Assembly (NCBI GenBank): GCA_963667175.2
Contig: CAXXXF010000013.1
Location: 128,001 to 192,000, forward strand
Direction of reading: 5' to 3'
Length of the DNA: 64,000 bases
DNA from: Candidatus Latescibacterota bacterium
Lineage (GTDB): Bacteria; Latescibacterota; UBA2968; GCA-2709665
Shown one piece after another: positions 31,384-41,315 of the stretch. A model generated the notes under the pieces. That model made no database searches and had not been told where the DNA came from. It saw nothing but the letters and a program-made list of their open reading frames with translations. The position numbers and the translations under genes were made by a program. Each line of letters opens with the position of its first letter. The stretch's first letter is position 1.

Positions 31384-32153
31384 ACCTGATCGAGATCTCC
31401 CCGCTGCAGTTGCTTCTGTGTCTCGTATTCGTCCTGATCGCGGGCACGGGCTCGGTCATCTTCCGGCTCAACCTGGAAAAGGACCTCGCGTGGGGCACGG
31501 TGCGCACCTTCGCGCAACTCTTCCTGGTCGGCTACGTCCTCAAATACATCTTTCGAATCAACAACCCGTACCTGATTCTCATCCTCTTCGTCTGGATGGT
31601 CTTCTGGGCCGCTCACGCCATCCGTGGCCGGGTGAAGGAAAAGGAGGTGGCCTACTTCGTGCCCACCTTCATTTCCATGGTCGCCAGCTACACCACCGTG
31701 TCCATCCTGGTCACCGCCGCAATCGTGCAGGTCAAACCCTGGTACACGCCGCAGTACTTCATTCCCCTGGGCGGCATGATTGTCGGCAATTCCATGAACG
31801 CGGTCACGATCGCGCTGGAACGTCTCTTCTCCGATTTGCGGAAACAAAGAGCCCGGATCGAACTCGCCCTCTGCCTCGGCGCCACTTACCAGGAAGCCAC
31901 GACCGCCATCCTGCGCGACGTGGTCAAAGCCGGCATGATTCCCTCCATCAACGCCCTGATGACCGTCGGCCTCGTCTCCCTTCCCGGGATGATGACCGGC
32001 CAGATTCTGGCCGGCTCGGATCCGATGACCGCGATCAAGTATCAGATCATCGTGATGCTGATGATTGTCGCCGCCACCGCCATCGGTTCCGTGATCGTCG
32101 TGCACGTCGTCCGGCGCCGCTGCTTTACGCGGGCGCACCAGCTGTCCATATAA
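31380..32153 (+). CDS. fetB: ABC permease FetB/YbbM (UPF0014)
   Basis: IPLGGMIVGNSM, GLVSLPGMMTGQILAG, AIKYQI. Confidence 0.88.
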   Translation: MNLIEISPLQLLLCLVFVLIAGTGSVIFRLNLEKDLAWGTVRTFAQLFLVGYVLKYIFRINNPYLILILFVWMVFWAAHAIRGRVKEKEVAYFVPTFISMVASYTTVSILVTAAIVQVKPWYTPQYFIPLGGMIVGNSMNAVTIALERLFSDLRKQRARIELALCLGATYQEATTAILRDVVKAGMIPSINALMTVGLVSLPGMMTGQILAGSDPMTAIKYQIIVMLMIVAATAIGSVIVVHVVRRRCFTRAHQLSI

Positions 32154-32158
32154 ATCGG

Positions 32159-32944
32159 CTAGACCGTCTCTCCCGATCCTCCGTCGATATTGATTGCCGC
32201 GCCGGTAATGAAGGCTCCCCGGTCCGACACCAGAAACGCGACCAGATCGGCCACCTCGCCGGGTTCGCCCATCCGTCCAAGGGGGACGTCCTTTCCGAGT
32301 TCTTCGCACCAGGCATCGAAACCCAGGTCGCTGCCGGACGCCGTCCACGCCCGCTGCGCCTGCGCGGACCTGATGTTCGTCAGACATACCGTGTTCACCC
32401 GGATCATATGTTGCGCCAGATCCTTGGACATGGCTTTGGTCAACGCGATACCGGCGGCCCGGCTCACCGACGTGGGCACGGAGCCCGGTCCGGGCGCCTT
32501 GCCTCCCGGATGCGTGATATTCACAATGCTGCCCCCGCCGCGGGCCTTCATATGCGGAACGGTCAGTTTCGAGCCGCGTACCGCGGCCCAGAACTTCAGA
32601 TCGAAGTCCGCCAGCCAGACCGACTCGGCCGCGTCCTCGAAGTGATGGCCTTCCGAACGCCCCGCGTTGTTCACGAGAATGTCGACGCCGCCGAATTCGG
32701 AAACCGCAGCGTCCACAAACCGCTCCAGGTCCGCCGCTCGCGTCACGTCCGCCGGCAACGCAAGCACCTCCGCGCCGCATTCCGACCTGATGGCCCGTGC
32801 CGCGCTGGCGAGGACGTCCTCACGCCGCGCGCACACGGCAACCCTGCACCCCTCCCCGGCCAACTTGCGGGCGATTCCTTCTCCAATGCCCTCGCTGCCC
32901 CCCGTCACCAGCGCTACCCTGCCCGACAGATTCAATTCCAGCAT
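32159..32944 (-). CDS. Short-chain dehydrogenase/reductase
   Basis: VTGGSEGIG, DILVNNAG, PLGRMG, INIDGG; GGAGG RBS. Confidence 0.9.
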   Translation of the reverse strand: MLELNLSGRVALVTGGSEGIGEGIARKLAGEGCRVAVCARREDVLASAARAIRSECGAEVLALPADVTRAADLERFVDAAVSEFGGVDILVNNAGRSEGHHFEDAAESVWLADFDLKFWAAVRGSKLTVPHMKARGGGSIVNITHPGGKAPGPGSVPTSVSRAAGIALTKAMSKDLAQHMIRVNTVCLTNIRSAQAQRAWTASGSDLGFDAWCEELGKDVPLGRMGEPGEVADLVAFLVSDRGAFITGAAINIDGGSGETV

Positions 32945-33061
32945 CTCGATTCCTCCTTCCCTGCCAACCCATGTTGAGGTTCCCCACGCACGCGGATCCG
33001 GTCCCCGCGGCCTCAAACGCGTATAGACGTCGCTGGAAGCACAGCATTCAGCCCGTGACGT

Positions 33062-33700
33062 TCAGCCTGCGGCCCAGCGCACGCCCTGGCAGAGCATCGC
33101 CTGAACCGGAGGCCTCGCGAACGTCCCCGGCCCGTGGCCGAGCGCCGTGTAGAAGACCCGCCCCGATCCGTACGCTTTCACCCAGGCAACGGGAAACGTC
33201 CCGCCATGCCATTGCGCGGAGGCGAGAATCCGCAGTTGAGGCTCATACGCCGATAGGTAGATTTCATCGTCCACCTCAAAATCATCGATACCTTCCATCG
33301 CGGGGTGAGCCTCATCTTCCACCCGTACGGTGAACGTCAAACCGGGCGGGTGCCAATTGGCATGCCCGCCCAGCAGATCCGCCGCGCGTCCGCCGATCCA
33401 CCAGCCCGATCCGTGAATTCCAACCAGGCCCTTGCCACTCGAAACGAACTCGAAGAGACCGTCCTCCTGCGCGGCGGTCAGGTCCGGCTCGCGCGCGATC
33501 GAACCGTCCTCCCGTTTTACCGTCCGGGTGAAACCCGTTCCGAACACGCAGACGTCGTACGGTTCCATCCCGCCCGCCAGCAGGTCCTTGTCTGCGCTCA
33601 AGTCCACCGAAATATCGGGTTGGGCATCCAGAAAGCCGCGGATCAAGCCGGCGCTCTGATCGAACCCATGGTTCGTTCCCGAAAGTACCAATGCGTTCAT
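33062..33700 (-). CDS. ThuA-like (class I glutamine amidotransferase-fold) protein
   Basis: GLVGIH, DEIY, PVAWVKAYGSGRVFYTALGH. Confidence 0.85.
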   Translation of the reverse strand: MNALVLSGTNHGFDQSAGLIRGFLDAQPDISVDLSADKDLLAGGMEPYDVCVFGTGFTRTVKREDGSIAREPDLTAAQEDGLFEFVSSGKGLVGIHGSGWWIGGRAADLLGGHANWHPPGLTFTVRVEDEAHPAMEGIDDFEVDDEIYLSAYEPQLRILASAQWHGGTFPVAWVKAYGSGRVFYTALGHGPGTFARPPVQAMLCQGVRWAAG

Positions 33701-34113
33701 CGCAATCCCTCCTGTCAGTCCGTTGAAAACCTGTCCCCTGGAATCCACGTACGCGCGCGATACCGGCGTCCATCCCGGAGGCATGTCGCACGTTGAGAAA
33801 TCCGTCTGTTCAGGCTGTAGGCAGCGGTCTGTAATCGGACCGCCTCGGGAGGGCGCGGCGCCAGCGGAGACGTGCGTCCACGTCCGGCGGCTACTGCCTC
33901 CGGCTGAACCTGACGGATTTCTTATCTAGTTGATTTTATTCATCTTCAATCCAGTATCCTCACGTCGTTCAAAACATGCATTGTGAGAATTCCGATGTCA
34001 ACGGTTTTTCTCGGCGTCGGCGTCGGGAGAACGCGCCCCTTGATTCGGGTTCTCATATCCCCTAAATTCAACAGAGATTTCGAGGTGGGCATTCTCCCGC
34101 ATGGAGCGGTGTT

Positions 34114-35133
34114 ATGGCCGTTCGGCCGCTTAGCGAAGCCATTCTGAATTATATGGTCTCCTGGACCCGGTTGGACTGGCCGCCGGACTGGAGTGCGATC
34201 TTCGGCCGTTCGGGGCTGCTGGTCGTGGAGATCGGCTTCGGCACCGGAGAGTTCCTGGTCGATCGGGCCCTCGCGTGTCCGGAGTTGGACTTCGTAGGCA
34301 TCGAGCGGTCATGGGTGTCCGTTCAGAGGTTGTTCAGGCGGATGGACCGGGAAAGGACGAAGAACGTGCGCGTGGTTCACGGCGGAGCGGAATTTGCGTT
34401 CGAACGCCTCTTCCCGGTGGATAGCGTCGCAGAGGCCTATATCAACTTCCCGGATCCCTGGCCGAAGGAGCGGCATCACGGCAGGCGCCTCATTCAGCCG
34501 GCATTCGTCAAGGCGCTGGCGGAACGTCTGTCTCCGGGCGGCGAGGTGACCGTGGCGACGGACCATGGGGAATACGCGTCGTGGATTGCAGAGGTGCTGG
34601 AAGGTCAGCCGCTTCTGCGATCCGTCTATCCGTCCGCATCGGCGCCGGGGCTGCGGGGGCGGAATCCCACCAAATACGAACGGAAGGCCCTGGATGCCGG
34701 GGCGCCCGTCAGTTATTTCGTCTGGCGGCGAGATGCCCGCGCGACCCTCCCGAAGCCCGTTGAAAAGGTCGGAACGATGCCGAATATGTTGCTGGAAGGG
34801 AAGTACGACCGTGCCCGATTACCGGCGGACTTTAAGCCCTGTTCGTGGCAGACGAACCACCACGGCGTAACCGTGGTGATCAAGCTGGTGGCCGTGTACA
34901 CCGACACAGACGGGGACTGTCTGGTGGAGACGATGGTGAAGGAGGGCGCGTTCTCCCAGCACTTCGGCGTTCTGGTTCTGGCGCGCCCCGGAAACCGGGT
35001 GCTGGTCAAATTGTCCCCGATCGGGCAGCCGCGGCCCACCTGGGGGGTGAAGCAGGCGGTGGGCAGGGTAGGAGAACTGGTCCTGGCGAAATGCTCCGGC
35101 CTGAGGGTGGCGGAAAGCGCGGTGGGGCGATAG
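34114..35133 (+). CDS. trmB: tRNA (guanine-N7)-methyltransferase with C-terminal extension
   Basis: VEIGFGTGEF, NFPDPWPKERH, TVATD, TKYERK. Confidence 0.88.
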   Translation: MAVRPLSEAILNYMVSWTRLDWPPDWSAIFGRSGLLVVEIGFGTGEFLVDRALACPELDFVGIERSWVSVQRLFRRMDRERTKNVRVVHGGAEFAFERLFPVDSVAEAYINFPDPWPKERHHGRRLIQPAFVKALAERLSPGGEVTVATDHGEYASWIAEVLEGQPLLRSVYPSASAPGLRGRNPTKYERKALDAGAPVSYFVWRRDARATLPKPVEKVGTMPNMLLEGKYDRARLPADFKPCSWQTNHHGVTVVIKLVAVYTDTDGDCLVETMVKEGAFSQHFGVLVLARPGNRVLVKLSPIGQPRPTWGVKQAVGRVGELVLAKCSGLRVAESAVGR

Positions 35134-35180
35134 GCGCCTTACAGGGTCGGGTCGTTTCGTCCAGTTTTCTGACACGGCAA

Positions 35181-36239
35181 TCAGGCAAAGACGATCTGCG
35201 CGGCGCCATCCAGCGGTCTGGCGGTCCCGATGACGCGGGCGCCGGCCTCCCCGGCGTCGTTCAGGGCGGACAGGAGACCCGGGGCCTGATCGGCCGGAAC
35301 CGAGACCAGCAGACCTCCGCTGGTCTGGGGATCGACGAATATCTCTTTTTGACGTTCAGGCAGGGCCGCGTCGAATCGGGCCGCGCCTTTTATGAGTTCC
35401 CTGTTCGCGGCGTTGGCACCGGTGCCCACGCCCTTAACGTACATCTGGATGGCTTCCGGCATTACCGGGACGTCGGCGGTTGAGATCTCCAGGGTGAGGC
35501 CCGAACCCCTGGCGATTTCCAGGGCGTGGCCGGCCAGTCCGAAGCCGGTGACGTCGGTAGCGGCGTGAACGTCGAAGCCGGCCATGACACAAGCCGCGGT
35601 CTTGTTCAGGGCGGCCGTGGTGTTGAGGCATGCCCGCATCGCCGCATCCGTGACCCATCCTTTGAGATTTGCATTGAAGAGAACGCCGCTGCCGACGGGT
35701 TTGGTCAGGATGAGCGCGTCTCCCGGACGGGCGCCGGCGTTGTGCCAGTATTTATCGGGGTGCACGACCCCGGTTACGGAAAGGCCGAATTTGGGTTCCT
35801 CGTCGTCGGTGGTGTGCCCCCCCGCCAGCACGGCGCCGGCTTCCGTGATTTTGTTGAGCGCCCCCTCGACGATGCCCTCCAGTACCTCCGGCCCCAGGTT
35901 CCGGGATGGAAATCCGATGAGGTTCAGGCACGCGACGGGCCGTCCACCCATCGCGTAGACGTCGCTGAGGGCGTTGGCCGCGCCGATCTGACCGAACAGG
36001 TACGGATCGTCCACCGGCGGCGTGATGAAGTCCGCCGTAAGCACGAGCGCCGTCTCATTGTCTATACGGTAGACACCGGCGTCGTCGCTGGTCTGAAATC
36101 CCACCAACAGGTTCGGATCGACGTTTTGAGGCAGGCGGTCCAGAAGTTGCTTCAGTCCGACCGGACTGACTTTGGCCGCTCAGCCGCAGGTCCGCGCAAG
36201 CCCTGTAAGGGTGTGTTTTTTTCTGAAGAGAGAAGACAC
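35181..36239 (-). CDS. selD: Selenide, water dikinase (selenoprotein; in-frame TGA = Sec)
   Basis: GTG 36239 (AGGAG RBS) gives LTGLARTCG-U(TGA 36180-36182)-AAKVSP, continuing in frame into DDAGVY, NALSDVYAMGG, GGHT, DVTGFGL, DPQTSGGLL. Confidence 0.92.
36152..36169 (-). promoter_or_regulatory. Putative bacterial SECIS hairpin
   Basis: TCAGTCC-GGTC-GGACTGA stem-loop starting ~10 nt 3' of the UGA. Confidence 0.6.
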
Positions 36240-36384
36240 CAGGACGTCTCCTGACATTTACGCGCATTGCGAACGATGGTGAATTAGATACGGGAAAAGA
36301 GTCCCGATTGCAACCCCATTCCAACGGCGAACGCCTGCCGGATCCTCGGACCGGTTCGGCCCGTCCTCCCCGCTATGGTTCCTG

Positions 36385-37095
36385 ATGAAAGTTCAAATTG
36401 ACACGACGCCCGCGCTCTCGTTCGATAGCGTTTCCAGGGCGTACGACGCTGGAAGCGGGCTGCGTTACGCGCTGCGCGACGTGTCCTTCGACGTCGAGCC
36501 CGGCCGAAGGGTGGCCGTGGTCGGGCGCAGCGGCAGCGGGAAATCGACCCTGCTGCACCTTGCGGCGGGTATTGACGTTCCCACCGAGGGGGTGGTGCGG
36601 GTGCGACAACGGGACCTGAGCGCGTTGTCTGAAGAAGCGCGAACGATGGTGAGACGAGACGAGATCGGCCTTATCTTTCAATTTTTCTATCTGATGCCGC
36701 ACCTGCCGGTTGCCGAGAACGTCGCGTTGCCCGCGATGATCGCCGGGGAGAAGCCGCGAACGTACCGCCCGCGGGTTCGTGAACTGCTGGAGCGCGTGGA
36801 ACTGGCTGACCGGGCGCTGGACCCGGTGCAGAAGCTGTCCGGCGGCGAACAGCAGCGGGTGGCCATCTGCCGGGCGTTGTTGCGCCGGCCCGGTTTGTTG
36901 CTGGCCGATGAGCCGACGGGCAATCTGGACGACGAAAACGGCCGGCGGGTCATGAACCTGATGATGGATCTGGTTGAGAATGAGGGCGCGACGCTGGTGT
37001 ACGTGACCCACAGCCGGGAGTTCGCCTCGCTGGCCGATGAGGTCTGGGAGCTGCACAGCGGCAAGATCGGTCTTCCGCCGCGCCGCTCCGCGTGA
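36385..37095 (+). CDS. ABC ATP-binding protein (LolD/AttE-like)
   Basis: GRSGSGKST, LSGGEQQRVAI, LADEPTGNLD, VTH. Confidence 0.92.
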   Translation: MKVQIDTTPALSFDSVSRAYDAGSGLRYALRDVSFDVEPGRRVAVVGRSGSGKSTLLHLAAGIDVPTEGVVRVRQRDLSALSEEARTMVRRDEIGLIFQFFYLMPHLPVAENVALPAMIAGEKPRTYRPRVRELLERVELADRALDPVQKLSGGEQQRVAICRALLRRPGLLLADEPTGNLDDENGRRVMNLMMDLVENEGATLVYVTHSREFASLADEVWELHSGKIGLPPRRSA

Positions 37096-37153
37096 CCCGC
37101 CCGTGGCCGCGTTCCGGGTTGCACTGCTTCCTCTGGACATCAGGGCACATCTT

Positions 37154-39685
37154 TTGGTCCGATATTTTACACATTCGCTGGGCGCGCAACTTCGCTCGGG
37201 AGGCAGTCTTTACCTGCTGACGGTATTCGGGGTGGCGCTGGGCGTTGCGTCGGTGCTCTCTATCCAGATCGTGAATTACAACGCACTGGCCGCCTTCGAG
37301 GGGACGGTGCGAGCCGTCAGCGGGGAGGCCGAAATAAGCGTTTTTGGAAAAACGCCGGCGTTTCCGGAGCGACATTACGCAGAGGTGCTGTCCGTGGATG
37401 GGGTGGCGGCGGCCTGGCCGCTCTATCGGGTGGACGTGGCGCTGGCGGATCGCGACAGGTTCTATCTGGAGGTGTTGGGGGTCGACTTCTTTACGCCCAT
37501 GCGGATCCCGTGGCGCGGCGACCCGGACGACGTCTCGGCGGCGCTTGCGGGAGATGGATGGAGCGCGGTTACGCCGGCCCTTGCAGCGCGGTTCGGCTGG
37601 GCCGTGGGCGACACGTTCGAAGTTCACAGCGGGGTTCGACGGGTGCGGTTGCGCGTAGGAGCGATGGTGGACTTTCAGGAGTTGAGCCCGCTGGCCAGCC
37701 GGAAGCTGGTGGTGATGGATATTGCGCAGGCGCAGGCGCTGATGGGTCGGCGAGGCGAACTCCATCAGATCGACGTGCGTACGGCTCGCGGCACGGACGC
37801 CGAAGGGGTCCGGAGACGATTGCAGGACCGGCTCGGTCCCGGGATGCGGGTTGTTACGCCCGGGCAGCGTTCGGAGCAAGCGGAAGGACTGCTTTCGGCG
37901 TTTCGGCTGAACCTGTCCGCGATGAGTCTGATCAGCCTGTTTGTGGGGCTGTTTCTCGTCTACAGCAGCACGCAGGCGGGGCTGATACGGCGGCGGATGG
38001 AATTCGGGCTGCTGCGATCTCTGGGCGCGACGCGGACTCAGGTCCTGGCGCTGATCCTCGGGGAGGTGGCGCTTCTGGGAGCGCTGGGGGTCGTGCTTGG
38101 CCTGCCGCTGGGTTACTGGGCCGCAGATGCGAACCTCGAGGTCGTGAGCGCGACGCTTACGAATCTGTACCTGCTGGAGGAGATTTCATCCCTGGCGCTG
38201 CCGCGCTGGCTGTACGGGTTGGGCGCCGCGATTGGAATGGGCGGCGCCCTGGCGGGCGCGCTGGCGCCCGCGCTGGATATGAGCCGGCGGGATACGCGCG
38301 CTTTGCTTTCGGCGGTTCCGCTTCAGGAGCGGACGGAATCGCTGGTGTTCCGTCTTTTTGCAGCGGGCGCGGGCATTCTGGCAGCGACGGGCCTCTGGTA
38401 CCTGGGATGGGGGCGTGAATGGAAACACGCGGGGTTCGTACTCTGCGTGGCGCTCCTGATCGGGCTGCCGTTGTGCGCGCCGTTTGCCATCCGCCAGGTG
38501 TGCGGACGGGTGCGTGTAAGGGGATTCGGGCCGGGGTACAGTCTGAGAGGGCTGAGCGTCCGGATCCGCACGGCGTCGTTCGCGGTGGCGTCGTTGGCCA
38601 TTGCCGTAAGCATGCTGGTTGGCATCACGCTGATGATCGGGAGTTTCCGCCGGACCATGGAGGTGTGGGTCAACGCGTCAATCCGGGCGGACGTGTACAT
38701 TTCGCCCGCGTCGTGGCGGGGGCGCGGAACCGCGGGTACCCTGGAGGATGAGCTGGTCGAGGCCCTGGCGAGTCATCCGGGGGTGGCGGCGGTGGACCGC
38801 CTCCGCGGATTCCCTGCGTGGTCCGGCGACCGTCAGATCGGACTGGCGGGCGTGGACATGCAGCTCCCCGGGGGCGAGGTGCGTTTTCCACTTCTGGATG
38901 GGAACGTGGATGAAGCGTTTCGGCGGGTACGTGAGGACGGGGCGGTTCTCGTCGGCGAAACGCTGGCCCGGGGGGTCAACAAATGGACCGGTGACGAAAT
39001 CGCGATTGCCGGGCCGGAAGGGGAGGTCCGGTTTTCCGTGGCGGGCGTGTATTACGACTACCATACCGGCGGCGGCGCGGTCGTCATGGATCTGACAACC
39101 CTTGAGGCCTTCATCGGCCCGGGACCGGTCAACGGAGCGGCGCTATACCTGAAATCAGGCTGGGACGGAAATGCCGTCGTCGAGAGCCTTGAGGCCCGGT
39201 TTTCAGAGGCGCCGCTTCAGATTCGCAGCAATCGCCGGCTCAGAGACGAAGTGTTCCGGATATTCGACCAGACGTTTCTGGTCACACGCGTTCTGCAGGG
39301 CATGAGTCTGCTGATCGCCGTGTGCGGGATTATGTTGATGCTGCTGGTGCTCGTGCGCGAGCAGGTGACCGAATTGGCGTTGTATCGCGCGGTGGGCGCG
39401 AGGCGCGGGCAGGTTTTCGGGGTGTTCCTGGGCCAGGGGTTGGGATTTGGATTGCTGGGTTTGGGGCTGGGACTTGTGGGGGCCGTCCTGCTGGCCGGGG
39501 TTCTGGTTTTCGAGATCAACCGGGCGTATTTCGGATGGACCATACAGGTTTACTGGCCGTGGGGACCTGTCCTTCAGCAGGTGGCGGCCATCCTTGGCGC
39601 GGCCCTCCTGGCGAGTCTCTATCCGGCGATGCGCGCGAGCCGTACACCGGCTGCCGAGTTGGGCCGGGACGACCTGATGGCGTGA
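37154..39685 (+). CDS. Double FtsX/MacB-type ABC permease (AttF/G-like); start uncertain
   Basis: GVALGVAS, RRMEFGLLRSLGAT, ELALYRAVGA; two FtsX halves. Confidence 0.88.
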   Translation: MVRYFTHSLGAQLRSGGSLYLLTVFGVALGVASVLSIQIVNYNALAAFEGTVRAVSGEAEISVFGKTPAFPERHYAEVLSVDGVAAAWPLYRVDVALADRDRFYLEVLGVDFFTPMRIPWRGDPDDVSAALAGDGWSAVTPALAARFGWAVGDTFEVHSGVRRVRLRVGAMVDFQELSPLASRKLVVMDIAQAQALMGRRGELHQIDVRTARGTDAEGVRRRLQDRLGPGMRVVTPGQRSEQAEGLLSAFRLNLSAMSLISLFVGLFLVYSSTQAGLIRRRMEFGLLRSLGATRTQVLALILGEVALLGALGVVLGLPLGYWAADANLEVVSATLTNLYLLEEISSLALPRWLYGLGAAIGMGGALAGALAPALDMSRRDTRALLSAVPLQERTESLVFRLFAAGAGILAATGLWYLGWGREWKHAGFVLCVALLIGLPLCAPFAIRQVCGRVRVRGFGPGYSLRGLSVRIRTASFAVASLAIAVSMLVGITLMIGSFRRTMEVWVNASIRADVYISPASWRGRGTAGTLEDELVEALASHPGVAAVDRLRGFPAWSGDRQIGLAGVDMQLPGGEVRFPLLDGNVDEAFRRVREDGAVLVGETLARGVNKWTGDEIAIAGPEGEVRFSVAGVYYDYHTGGGAVVMDLTTLEAFIGPGPVNGAALYLKSGWDGNAVVESLEARFSEAPLQIRSNRRLRDEVFRIFDQTFLVTRVLQGMSLLIAVCGIMLMLLVLVREQVTELALYRAVGARRGQVFGVFLGQGLGFGLLGLGLGLVGAVLLAGVLVFEINRAYFGWTIQVYWPWGPVLQQVAAILGAALLASLYPAMRASRTPAAELGRDDLMA

Positions 39686-39846
39686 ATCGCAGCGCGCCTC
39701 GGATTCTGTTTGCCAGCGGAAATACGAAGAGGGATATTTCCAACGTCGCGATTCAGTCGCCGTGTAGCGAATACATCACGCGGCGGCGGTTCAGGAAGAC
39801 AATCGGCGCACCATTTTCATAGCCGACACTAAACCGGGAGGACCCG

Positions 39847-41106
39847 ATGAATCTTCATTCGATTTTGCAGACCGTCGCTATCGGCCTGCTCGTACTGGCG
39901 TTCGGGGCATTTGTAACCCTTCTGCTTTTCCCCGGCGCCGGGATGCAGATATCCAGACTGCTTGGATTGTATCAGAAGGCCCAGGCGCTTCAGTTCCTGG
40001 GAATCGGCGTTGCGGGTATCCTGGTCGCCTTGAACGCACTGACGTCCTACAGGCGCGCCAGAGCAATGGAGGGGGTCGCAAAGGAACTGGCCGTCGCGTC
40101 GCGCGAACAGGCCCGGGCCGCAACGGAGCAGGCGCGAGCCACCTGCGACGCTGAACTCGGACGGCGGCAGGAACGCCTGCACCAGGGCGTGGAACACCTC
40201 GGGCACGAGTCGGTGGCGGTGCGGCTGGGCGGCGCCTACGAACTCTTCCACCTCGCCGAGGACACTGCGACGCTGCGCCAGACCGTGCTGGACATTCTCT
40301 GCTCACATATCCGCCGCACGACAAACCAGGACACGTACCGGAGTAGGCAGAGGTCAAACCCTTCGGAAGAGGTCCAGAGCCTGCTGACCCTGCTGTTCAC
40401 GTCGCGTCAAGTGATCTGTCAAGGTCTTCGGATCGACCTGCAGGGAAGCTGGCTGAACGGAGCCACGCTTTGCGCCGCGTACCTTTGCGGCGCCAATCTT
40501 TCGGAGGCGAGGCTGAAGGGCGCGGACCTGGTCGGCGCGCAACTCCAGGGCGCCGACCTGTCGTGGGCGCGCCTGCAGGCGTCCGGTCTTACCTGGGCGA
40601 AGTTACAGGGCGCGGACCTGGTTGGGGCGCGACTCGATGCCGCGAGCCTTTCCAGGGCAAATCTCCACGGGGCCGATCTTGCCCGTTCGACGTTGCGCGG
40701 CGCCGTACTATCCCGTACGCATCTCCAGGGCGCGTTTATTGTGGGGGCGAATCTGCAGGGCGCGGACCTCACGGAGGCGCAGTTCCAGGGCGTGAGGAGT
40801 CACGTGGATTACCCCGAATCCTTCGCCCAGCGCGTCACGCAGTCCATCGGCGAAGAGACCGACCTGAGCGGGGCGATTTTCGGAGGCGGATTGAAACCGA
40901 CGGACGTGGAGTCCATTCTTGGCGGGATGTACAGCGACGCGGCAGACGACCTGCGGGAAAAGCTGACGCCCCACGTCGACAAGAGCGTCACGTACGAACT
41001 TCCGGAACACAGCGGCGCGGTCACAGGCGCCTACACGGAAGAAGAAGCCAAAAAGTGGATCGCGGAATACGAGGAGGCCGTGGGGGAGTCGGAGGAAGAA
41101 GGATGA
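39847..41106 (+). CDS. Membrane-anchored pentapeptide-repeat protein (paralogue 1)
   Basis: Two N-terminal hydrophobic segments, VEHLGHESVAVRLGGAYELF, A(D/N)Lxx repeats. Confidence 0.88.
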   Translation: MNLHSILQTVAIGLLVLAFGAFVTLLLFPGAGMQISRLLGLYQKAQALQFLGIGVAGILVALNALTSYRRARAMEGVAKELAVASREQARAATEQARATCDAELGRRQERLHQGVEHLGHESVAVRLGGAYELFHLAEDTATLRQTVLDILCSHIRRTTNQDTYRSRQRSNPSEEVQSLLTLLFTSRQVICQGLRIDLQGSWLNGATLCAAYLCGANLSEARLKGADLVGAQLQGADLSWARLQASGLTWAKLQGADLVGARLDAASLSRANLHGADLARSTLRGAVLSRTHLQGAFIVGANLQGADLTEAQFQGVRSHVDYPESFAQRVTQSIGEETDLSGAIFGGGLKPTDVESILGGMYSDAADDLREKLTPHVDKSVTYELPEHSGAVTGAYTEEEAKKWIAEYEEAVGESEEEG

Positions 41107-41270
41107 TGGCAGATCGAACTCAGCTGGGCCAGGAAATCGAGACCGCACTTGGGGAAGTGCTCGCCCACGTTCGTGGCGAAACAGATCTTCCGTGCCGAAT
41201 CGTGGATGACCCTACCGCGGAACGGATTCGCGCCCTTCGCAACGGAACGCGGGCAGATCATTCGCATTGA
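41103..41270 (+). pseudogene. Truncated XRE/HigA-like antitoxin N-terminus
   Basis: LGQEIETALGEVLAHVRGE...AERIRALR ends just before the expected HTH. Confidence 0.5.
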
Positions 41271-41315
41271 AGCGCTATAACACAACCCGCTTCATTACGT
41301 TTCGGGAAATTCACG

